From: Phoronis australis
Lineage: Eukaryota; Animalia; Phoronida
NCBI GenBank assembly: GCA_002633005.1
Contig: NMRA01000113.1
Location: 874,556 to 938,555 of the forward strand
Direction: 5' to 3'
DNA: 64,000 nt
Positions 55,101 to 64,000 of the stretch are shown one piece after another (position 1 is the stretch's first letter; the number at the start of each line of letters is the position of its first letter). The notes under the pieces were generated by a model, which had not been told where the DNA came from, made no database searches, and worked only from the letters and a program-made list of their open reading frames with translations. The translations under genes were made by a program, and so were the position numbers.

Positions 55101-56417
55101 GAAAGCGAATGAACAGCTCTGCCAAAAACTGCAAAACACAAACAAAACAGTAAAACAACATCACATAAGCATATTCCTTATAGTTTAGAAACTTGAAGCA
55201 AAACCAAGATGCTAAAAAATTTACGTATTAAAAACACACTTATAAACCTGCCTTCCATTAAAAATAACTTTTAGTTAAGAATACCATTATAAATTCGGGG
55301 TTTGTTTCTTGGTGACTTCAAAGAGAAAGAAATTTAGACTTTTACGCTCATAATTCCAAATTGCTGAATAAAAGTTCAGTTCTGTATTTATGAGTGGCAC
55401 AAAAATGCAATTAGTCTTATTCTGCAGTTAAACTTGTGGAACGATCATACACATCAACTTTGAGTGCCATGAAGTAGTGTCATCTGTTGGGCCAATTTGT
55501 TTTTGCCGATTCTTCAAGGATTACACAAAGTTCATAATGACGGAATTACAAGAAATGAATCGATTCACATTTCAAGTAATTTTTGAGTAATTCAATATCA
55601 GCAAATATCAAAATTCTGGGGAAATTTTGTTTCTGTGAAGTTTGCCCTCATTTTTTCAACATGAAAATCAAGCCAATGGCACGTGCTCATGAAAAGTGTA
55701 GTGTTTTAAAATTTATAAGTCGGACTTAGTCTTTTAATTAATACAAAAGTGACAGTGATGTTGAGCAAATGACATTCGTTGTGTTCTTTTAAACTTCTAA
55801 AACGGAAAAAGTAGGTGACATTTGAATGTTGGAGTAACAAAAACTTTCACACAGTTGAACGTGCTAGATCATGATTTTGATTTAAGTTTCAACTTCATTG
55901 CAAGAGAACCGCAATTAAGAGTTGTGAACTGAAAAAGCTCGATTCGATAAAATTGCCAAATTTTACCCACGGAATAGCTGCACTGCGACATATGGCTAAA
56001 TGCTAAAAACAGATAGCGACAATTGCCTCTTGGTTTAGACGTTTGACCGTCGCTCGCGACCTGGGTTCAAGTCCAACGGAGACACTGAAATTTATAGCAT
56101 CGTCTGCAGAGTGCAGGGGTATGGCACGTTTTACCGCATGCAAGCACATCGTCTACTCACCAAGTAGAAGGTGAGATGCGTATTGGAAGAGAGTAGAGGT
56201 TTCTATGGAAATGTCATATCTCGAGTGTCTAATTAGTACGATTTAAGCTATGCCAGGCTGAATGAGTGACACAAAATTGCAGAATGACTGACTGCATGGG
56301 TAAGTGTACGTCCACTGACACAGATGTTAAAAGAAGATCACACTTTAGCCACATAAAGGTGGGGTCATGTTTACCCTATATACCTTTAACATTTTGACCA
56401 GGAATAATGCACTTCAT
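43119..56417 (-). CDS. RAD9: cell cycle checkpoint clamp protein RAD9 (9-1-1 complex), ~447 aa. Exons 56417-56384, 55128-55058, 53306-53157, 52882-52768, 52312-52213, 51909-51803, 49607-49501, 48698-48634, 47307-47179, 46809-46732, 46384-46192, 45947-45861, 43226-43119
   Basis: N-terminus [51 protein letters not shown]; internal [46 protein letters not shown]; tail [16 protein letters not shown]...[11 protein letters not shown]. 1344 nt in frame. Mostly missed by the ORF track because the exons are short. Confidence 0.95.
43340..45330 (+). mobile_element. ~2-kb internally repetitive dispersed element in the last RAD9 intron, with many GCCACTAGrGGGC / GCCACCAGrTGG motifs
   Basis: Recurring ~110-130-bp subunit: AAAATnGCCACTAG...GTCAAATCC...GCCAAATTTCATGAAAATCC. 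Confidence 0.75.
49864..50639 (+). mobile_element. probable solo LTR in a RAD9 intron
   Basis: Purine tract AGGGGGCAG followed by TGT (alternative start TGTTA at 49937); GGCTATAAATA at ~50224; three copies of a 21-bp internal repeat at 50271-50332; AATAAA at ~50569; ends in TGTAACA. No clean target-site duplication seen. Confidence 0.6.
50700..51720 (+). mobile_element. copy of the GCCACTAG repeat family
   Basis: Same subunit blocks as 43340-45330. Confidence 0.7.
54025..54830. repeat. degenerate ~270-300-bp tandem repeat, about 3 copies, in RAD9 intron 2
   Basis: Ordered recurrence of GGrGAAyCACT, GAyyArACAAG..AAGyA and AATGTGGC near 54030, 54295 and 54588. Confidence 0.55.
56022..56090 (+). 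mobile_element. tRNA-derived SINE-like head
   Basis: A-box-like TTGCCTCTTGGTTTAG and B-box GGTTCAAGTCC; no intact cloverleaf. Confidence 0.45.
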
Positions 56418-56552
56418 TTCCAGAAAAAGACCTTTAACTTCAACATTTTGAAATTGCGCGGAAAATATCCTTCTTCGACAGGTGGCGCTTCCCCATTTCT
56501 ATCCAATGCAGAGGCACGTGACAAAGTTCATTCGGCACAGAGCTGAGGTAAA
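56418..56552. promoter_or_regulatory. 135-bp bidirectional RAD9/VPS29 promoter
   Basis: Divergent ATGs at 56417 and 56553. E2F/CDE plus CHR-like TTTCCGCGCAATTTCAAA on the minus strand (56447-56464); GACAGGTGGCGC at 56477; CCAAT at 56503; E-box/CLEAR-like GCACGTGAC at 56514-56522. Confidence 0.8.
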
Positions 56553-59500
56553 ATGGTAAGTGTTCCGGAGATTTTCCGGCTTTATTGTTTGCTTTTACAT
56601 GTTCATTCCTCACAATACCTTAATGCTGCATTTCACACTCATCATAAAGTTAGTAAATTAATAGATTTATTGTCATAAACTTCGTGTAACCGCTTGAAAG
56701 TAGAGGAATTGTTGACCACAGATAGACACTCGAGCAAAACATCCGGAAATGGTTGTTGAAGGGGCGTTTTTTAAATCTTATGCTAGTCTTTCCTACTCTC
56801 CCAGGGTTCCGAATTGTTATAATAAAACTACGTTGTTCAGGTATACCTGCTAGGCCTGACAAAGTGTACAGTGTGTTCAAGTTGAACGGAGTCAAGGACC
56901 TGTATGAGAGACTTCCTTGTGTTCACCTGTGTTGTGGTGGTAAAGGTACCAAGAGACGTTGATGACCTGTATGCGAGGCATCCTGGTGTTCACCTTCCTG
57001 GTGGCGTGCCCATTCGGTAGGGAAGGGGGGAATGTTGTAGTTGTGCTTCTGGTGAATCATATGAGCCTATGTTAGCTACTTGCTAACGGGCAATTGCCTA
57101 TTTGCTGAATGGTTAGCACACTTGCCGGTTTTATGGGGTGTCGCTGGTTCGATCCCCAGGTTGGGTAATCTCGGCTATTACTACAACATCATTCGTCCTT
57201 TATCTTTCTGTGGTGTCTTGTGATTTGTCAGTTTTATGGTTCCCGGATGCTTGTTTTATTGAGACTGCTGGCAGGAACCCTGCTGGCAGTCTTTCAGCAA
57301 GCAATCAGGATGTCAGGGATGGGCATCTGGATTGGGTTTTACCTGAAGCTTGAATAGCTGTGTTTTAACTGGTGAGTGCTTCTAGAGGCCTAGCTAGTGA
57401 ACCTGCAGTAATACAACACAGTAAATAAAGTCCCGAGTCGGACTTGACAGGCCGAACATTGCGGGTTTTTATTTGGTTACCTGGCTTATATGTGGGACAT
57501 ACGGAAACTGTCAGACAGTTGAATCACAAAATAAGGTCAATGATGTTGACGATTACAACATTCCTCCCTTCCCTAAAAAGAAGTGAGGCCCACCCATGAC
57601 ATTCAGAGAACCCCTCTCTGTCGACTATGCTAAATACTCTATTTTCCCTGCTCAGGTGCACTGTTTATTGAATGATGACTGAGTATGGAAAACACTGATT
57701 TCGCTAATCTCAGATAATAGAGAAGTGTTTTCCGTGTTCAGTCATCATGCAGTAACCAGTGTATCAGTGCTGAGTAAATACAATAGAATAATAGCAGTGT
57801 GAAAGGATCATGTGACATGTCATGAAACATCTGTTTCAGTTGGTGCACTTGTTGTATATCAGGGTTCATACTGTGTTCATGTTGTATATCTGTTTCGGTT
57901 GGTGCAATTGTTGTATATCAGCGTTCATACTGTGTTCATGTTGTATAATTTGTTTCAGTTGGTGCACGTGTTGTATATCAGTGTTATACTGTGTTCATGT
58001 TGTATATCTGTTTCGGTTGGTGCACTTGTTGTATATCAGCGTTCATACTGTGTTAATGATGTATAATCTGTTTCAGTTGGTTCGCTTGTTGTATATCAGT
58101 GTTCATACTGTGTTCATGTGGTATATCTGTTTCAGTTGATGCACTTGTTGTATATCAGTGTTCATACTGTGCTTATGTTGTATATCTGTTTCATTTGGTG
58201 CACTTGTTGCACATCAGTGTTCATGCTGTGTTCACTTTATGTATTTGTTTCAGTTGGTGCTTGTGTTAGGAGACCTTCATATTCCCCACCGTACACACAG
58301 TTTGCCAGCAAAGTTCAAGAAACTTCTCGTACCTGGCAAGATACAGCACATTCTTTGCACTGGCAATCTGTGCACAAAAGAATCCTTTGATTACTTGAAG
58401 ACGTTAGCCAGTGATGTGCACGTGGTTAGGGGGGATTTTGATGAGGTGAGTTGTTACTTAACATACTGAATAGAAGATTTTGTGTTCTTCACCTCGGCAA
58501 TTTTGTGCTAAGTAGTCTCTGAAGCATGCAGTTTTATACAGATCTGCATTAACTGTGAAATGTCACTATCTGAATAGTAGCCTCTTATTGAAATTTCAGA
58601 ATTTTAACTACCCGGAGCAGAAAGTAGTAACTGTTGGACAGTTCAGGATTGGTTTATGTCATGGCCACCAGGTGGTACCATGGGGTGACATTGAAAGCCT
58701 TGCCATGGTTCAACGACAGCTTGATGTAGACATTCTCATTTCTGGTCACACACACAAGTTTGAAGCTTATGAACGGGAAAATAAATTCTACATCAATCCT
58801 GGCTCAGCAACAGGAGCATACAATGCGTTAGACAGGTAACCCAGTGATTTTTATACGCCCACATATGTTTATAGTCGTCATCTCCCTCTGGGTATCCAAG
58901 GTGTGTCCCTTGCAGGATTTTCATGTGTTTGACTATTGCTGTGCTGCTAAGTCGTGACTATATTTTTTGTATTAGGCAATTCCTTGATGGATCGTTATGA
59001 AATTTGGCAAATGTGGGCAGTGCCTCTTGAAAAGTTTTGGAAGGCCATGTCCTGTTGTGCACCCCCTAGTGGAAAATTTAGTATTTTTATGTACCTTGTT
59101 GCAGTTAGCCTAGTTACTTGCTAAACGACTGAACCTTCTGCAGGATCTTAAATTAAATTTAGCATCTGTGTTTATATAAAGTTGACAATGGATGATGATG
59201 ACTTTTGGGTGGATTCGACAAACACTGTGCCTCCTAGTGGCAATTTTATTTTTCTCTGTTTTCCTCCATTTCTCTGAAATTCCTTAACGGATTTTTATTG
59301 GCATTGTGAGTCTCACCAGCATGTTGCCAATTCAGTAGACATAGATAGATCACCTAATAGAGATAAACTTTGTATGAAAGAATCCTTGGCCATTCAGGCT
59401 AACAAAGCTCCTCAGTCACACAATCAGCAGTAGAAATCTGTTTGGTGGTTTGCTGTGCTGATTATGCTTGCTGGTTGTTCAGTTAGTTTAGTGCTTGACA

Positions 59501-60112
59501 CTATACATAGGTTTATTGTCTTGATAATGCTTTAGTGTGTAAAGCGAAACGTTGAACATGAAAATCTATGATGTTGCGCTGACTTTTAAATTTCTTTCTA
59601 TGATGTGGCCAAAATCTGATTTAGTCAGAATTCATCGTTTTGAATTGTTCAAAAGCTAAACATTGTTATGAATGCCCAAAATTTCTGGAACGTTTCCTTA
59701 TGGCAGGTAAAATTTATTACTGAACTGAAAAGTGATTAAGCATTTATTTAGTGCTTTTCTTCTTTTATGAAAAAACTCCTTGCCCTCCATTTTGCATCCT
59801 CAACCTATGAGATTTTACTACAGTACCACCAGTTGTGAACCAGTTTGAGAATGGCCTGGTTCTCTGCTTCAACTGCAGACGATTGTTGATCCCTAATGCC
59901 CTCCTATTTCTTCAATGATCTTCACTATCATTTTCTGTTGATATATGCTTTCTAGTGGCATCGTCACCATTATCTTTCTTTGCTTGCATTGCAGCAATGT
60001 GGTGGCATCATTTGTTCTTCTCGACATTCAGCAGTCCACAGTTGTAGCCTACGTTTATCAACTGATCGGTGAGGAAGTCAAAGTAGAGAGGATAGAATAC
60101 AAGAAGAACTGA
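56553..60112 (+). CDS. VPS29: retromer subunit VPS29 (182 aa). Exons 56553-56555 (ATG only), 58254-58445, 58600-58835, 59995-60112
   Basis: [14 protein letters not shown]...ILCTGNLC...VRGDFDE...GHQVVPWGD...ILISGHTH...[10 protein letters not shown]...[11 protein letters not shown]. 549 nt, the canonical length. Confidence 0.97.
57100..57170 (+). mobile_element. tRNA-derived SINE-like head in VPS29 intron 1
   Basis: TGCTGAATGGTTAGCAC (A box) and GGTTCGATCCC (B box). Confidence 0.5.
57632..57791. repeat. imperfect ~160-bp inverted repeat (foldback MITE remnant)
   Basis: ATGATGACTGAGTATGGAAAACACT pairs with AGTGTTTTCCGTGTTCAGTCATCAT; the outer arms also pair. Confidence 0.7.
57828..58261 (+). 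repeat. 59-bp tandem array; the last (8th) TGTTTCAG|TTGGTGC copy is the real VPS29 exon 2 acceptor
   Basis: Unit ATCTGTTTCAGTTGGTGCACTTGTTGTATATCAGTGTTCATACTGTGTTCATGTTGTAT. Confidence 0.93.
58850..59300 (-). mobile_element. reverse-oriented copy of the GCCACTAG repeat family
   Basis: ATGAAATTTGGCAA, CCCCCTAGTGG, CTGTGCCTCCTAGTGGCAATTTT. Confidence 0.65.
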
Positions 60113-60601
60113 AACATAAACTGTATGCAGGAGACTTTATATGAGAGAACGTTCATGGAGATGATATTGAAGGCTGAGGATTACCAGAGAAAGTGGTAGA
60201 GCACATGAGGAGTGCAATCAATTTTACATTGTCAACTAGTTGATTTTGTTTAGAAATAATAGATCAACAGCAGTCATTGCTGCAGTGGCGTAGTATGAAA
60301 TTCGTTGCTCAGTGCGTTATGGTATAACTAATTCACTACTGGGCTGTAGTATTGGTCCAGGCCAGGATGACCTAGGTAGAATGTTGACATGTTCATGGGG
60401 ATTATTATCTTTGATCCCATTCTGTTCGTGATCGAGTGACATGTTCTATTGGACTTTCCTGCTACAGCAGTGTTCCTGTCCAGCTCTGACTTCATCACTG
60501 CTTCGTTCAATGCACAAGTAATTGAATATGCACACTCTTTTCATTGATCATGGTTACAAAACTAAATTTGAATTGTAAATACTGTAAATATGTTGTCACC
60601 C

Positions 60602-60607
60602 AATAAA
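60602..60607 (+). terminator. candidate VPS29 polyadenylation signal
   Basis: AATAAA about 490 nt after the stop, followed by a GT-rich stretch. Confidence 0.6.
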
Positions 60608-63239
60608 AGGATCCTTGTGATTTGTTAGATGTAATCTGGTACTGTCTAGCTTACTGAGGTTTTCCACGGGCTGTTTTAACGACCCCTCTTTTAATTCCAG
60701 CTGGTGATTTACAGCCTTACTAGACACATAAATATGTCCTCACTTATCATTTGTACATAGATCAGCTGAGACTATAAAAACATCTACGTTGGACAAGCAA
60801 CGAATAGACACTCATAATCCGACAAATCCCTTTCACGGAGCCCACAAATTTCACAATGCACTTGCACTCATTTGTACTGTCTTGAAACTTTGCTATTCCA
60901 AAGGGTGACAAAAATTACGAGAAATCTGCTACCCAACAGTTTTTTCAAATGATGCACTCCCACAAGCCTATGAAAGGGAGTTAAAAGGCTCACTGACCTG
61001 TCGACCGTGTTCATAGTAAATGGTATAAATGAAGTGCACCCGATAATAATGAGCAAATGAGAGATTTGTTGATGCCAGCTGATGCACTAATTAATAGTCA
61101 TTGGCAACCAACAGTAATCGGCTAAACACTATGCTCACCTCATCTGCATGCTGTGAGGATTAATGTTTGCGATGTGACATTCGCCTGGGTGTCTCCCGAG
61201 AAAAATCTTCGCTGTTCATTTTGCCACAGACACAAATTATAAGCCGAGTTCCTTTGCATTTCAAGATGAGTAAATAATTTAAAATATGTGGTTCGAAAAC
61301 CCAGTAATTTGTGTAGTCTCGCAGAATCCAGATACAATGTAAGCCTATGATATATGACTGAACTATCACACGATATGGCTTAATACAAGTATTCTTTGCT
61401 CCTTTGATGACTATCTGAAAAGTGAAACTTGGATGCAATCAACAACATTTTTTCAATGACTTTTGTTGAATTACATTCCTTGTAATAAAACAAAATTCTT
61501 TATTTTCAACATTGCCTGCAGCAATCACAAGATATGGGAATCTTAAACTCTAAATATAGAATGCTAGGAACTCCCTCATTTTTCAGTGATTCACAACATG
61601 CTCATTGGATACATTGTTCGTCTATTTCCGTGTGACGTTACCATATACATTACTACATATAGTAATATCAGTTTTTGCAATGCATTAGGTGGGTTTTAAC
61701 ATTTTTGAATGAATTGAAATTTCCAATAGGCTATCCCGTCAAACTCCAAGGTTATGTGAATAGGCACTGATATCTTGGCAATCGTCTCAATCACATCTGT
61801 TCAATGTAATCATTACATCTTAAATCATTGAGTTTGCACACTTCAAACTAAGACCTAGTTCTCTATGCTACTACGACAGCCTTGTGGTACAGTGATTTAT
61901 ATTTAAGCTATAATAAGCTCGCATATAACAAAAGTATCATAGCGTGTGCATTTGACAGTAACATGCACACTTTCGCTTTGGTGACTAGGCAGTGAAAGCA
62001 AGATGCCATGAAAATTATCAATCGGATACGATTGGTTAAAAAGCGTGTTGCTTGGAAACGGGTTTCCTCCAAGTTTAAGGAAGTGGCAAGGAGCTTTAGT
62101 ATGTCTAAAAAATTAAAATTAGTGGATTGATTGTTTGAATACGGCGAGCAGTGAAGTTAACGGTGAGTGGTCACTGTGGAAGAAAGAAATATAATCTTCA
62201 ATGCATACGCCAGTATGGTTCCAGGCTATTGAAAAACAGTTTCAGTTCCTTAAAATTGTGTTAGAAAAGACAAAGGTCTGATTTGGCGACACGAAAACGT
62301 TTCTCAAGCTCTACGCACGCGCACACGCACACACTGTCACATAGCATGGTAGGAAAAATGCCGAATATTGTATCGAATGAGCGTGGTTCACAATGATAGA
62401 CGTCTACAAAGTCTTCTGTCACCAGATTGCTCTCCATTCATTGACAGGGAAAAGAACGTGAGAAGTAGTCCATCCATTAAGTTCCAGGTTCTTTACAAAT
62501 GTCCCAAATGTAGCTTCAGCAAAGTAGAGACTCGATGCCACTAAAGCCCTTGTATTGCCTGAAAGAAAAAATGTGACTGGTTCATTTGAATTGAGCACAG
62601 GGTATAAATCTTTCAAGAGCCCTAGTGAGCGCTTAACATTTAAAATTACATTTGCTTTGTGTTTAATGTAAAAAAATGACTTTGGTCTTTTCAGCTTATA
62701 AAATCAGTCTCGTAACATTCCTTACTGTCATTGGGCTTGATTTGTGTTCTCATGAGTATCAAAACCAACAGCGACTGAGAAAAATATTTCAGTGTTTACT
62801 TATAGGGTTGGCCAATCCTGAAATTGCAGAATCAAAATGGGGTGCTAATGAAGTACTTTCAGAAACGAATTGCCATGATGGCGCTGCAACCAAGTCTGAT
62901 ACAAGTCGTCAGCCAGTCATGACTGAAAAAAGTACATTAGCCCTGTAAGTCAACGTCACGACTGAAGCATAACATAATGTCTTTTTTGTAAGTCCAAACA
63001 TTTCCTGCATGCATTTGCCATAACTTTCAACTTTGATGTGAACAACTCTATCATTTTGCACAATAATTAATAGGTTACTTCAACAAGAAATCCAGTGGAG
63101 TTCATCTATTCTGTGATTTATGTGAATGCGTGAAGACAAGGATGTGCAAATGATCTGCACTGAAAAGACATTTTTCTCAGATTTTAAACATCACAATTAA
63201 GCATACACTGAGAGGCGCACACCAAAAGTGGATATTAAC

Positions 63240-63700
63240 CTAACAAAATTGCCACTAGAGGGCACAGCATAAGTCAAAACTCTGGGCTGTGCAAAAATGC
63301 GTAAGTGCTGCTCTCTCATAGGGTAAAATCTGATGAGTCAAATTTGTGCATTAATATCCTTTATCGAACTTGGCTGATATTGAGGCAAAGAAGAAACTAA
63401 GACTGCCAAGAGGAAGTTTAGCAAAAGTCAAAATTATCACAAAATCAACATAACAGAAAGACTTTCATCAATAGAAACAATAGAAAAGCATTTGTAACAT
63501 TTCATAACAATTCTTAAAACCATTTGACAGAAAGAAAGGCAAATGCCAAAATCGACACCAAAATGCTAAAATTACCATTAGGGGGTGCAGAACATGTCAG
63601 CTGCGCAAAATTGTGCAAAATTCAGCAGGCACTGTCTTCTTCTTTAAAGCACATTTGTCAAATTTCATGAAGAGCGTCCAATTACATTAAGTTACAGATG
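63240..63700 (+). mobile_element. copy of the GCCACTAG repeat family
   Basis: AAAATTGCCACTAGAGGGCACAGCA, CCATTAGGGGGTGC, GTCAAATTTCATGAAG. Confidence 0.65.
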
Positions 63701-64000
63701 TAATCACCAATTGCTTTGTCATTCACATGTCCCTACATAGTTATCTCCCTTGTATGATACAATTTTCTCACCGCAATGTTTTGAGGTTTTCATCCTTGTT
63801 GTTGGAATAAACGTTTTGAACATTATAAGCTTCAGAGCAAACACATCTTCCATATTTCAAGAAGATCCAGCACCAGACATCAGACAGACGACAATATGCG
63901 ACTACTTGTCAGTGCATAAAAGTAAGGGCTGGGCATTAAACTGAATGTCACCGTTAACCAGGACGGCAACTGTGCTTGTGTGGTATCTTTCATTTTCTCA

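Noticed and set aside
56022-57170. tRNA genes
   Set aside because: Only A/B-box remnants with no pairing acceptor stem; treated as SINE heads.
57340-57377. Strong donor CTG|GTGAGT in VPS29 intron 1 as a counterpart of the vertebrate VPS29 microexon
   Set aside because: The nearest AGs give 14- or 23-nt exons (not multiples of 3) with poor pyrimidine tracts.
57812-58390. Overlapping Cys/Val/Tyr-rich ORFs
   Set aside because: Translations of the 59-bp intronic tandem array.
63770-64000. Possible minus-strand coding exon at the window end
   Set aside because: All three minus-strand frames hit stops and no family was recognised.

Overview
AT-rich, intron-rich animal genomic DNA, probably from a marine invertebrate such as a mollusc or other lophotrochozoan (inference). 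Five spliced genes were reconstructed by hand, each with GT-AG junctions whose phases fit. They are: the 3' part of GMP reductase (GMPR, +); a ZFAT-like C2H2/AT-hook zinc-finger gene (-, 15 coding exons, ~1112 aa); a secreted WAP + 8 CCP/Sushi gene with LEV-9 architecture (+, 11 exons, ~572 aa); RAD9 (-, 13 exons, ~447 aa); and VPS29 (+, 4 exons, 182 aa). RAD9 and VPS29 are head-to-head with only 135 bp between start codons, the same pairing as human RAD9B-VPS29. The most unusual signal is a recurring pattern of tandem arrays built from the splice junction itself: 7 decoy copies of acceptor plus exon start in GMPR, 7 in VPS29, and duplicated donor and acceptor segments in ZFAT. Also present: long foldback palindromes next to ZFAT exons, a dispersed repeat family dense in CTCF-like motifs, MITEs, a probable solo LTR, tRNA-derived SINE heads, and a leaky-context stop right after the furin-like site of the LEV-9-like protein.
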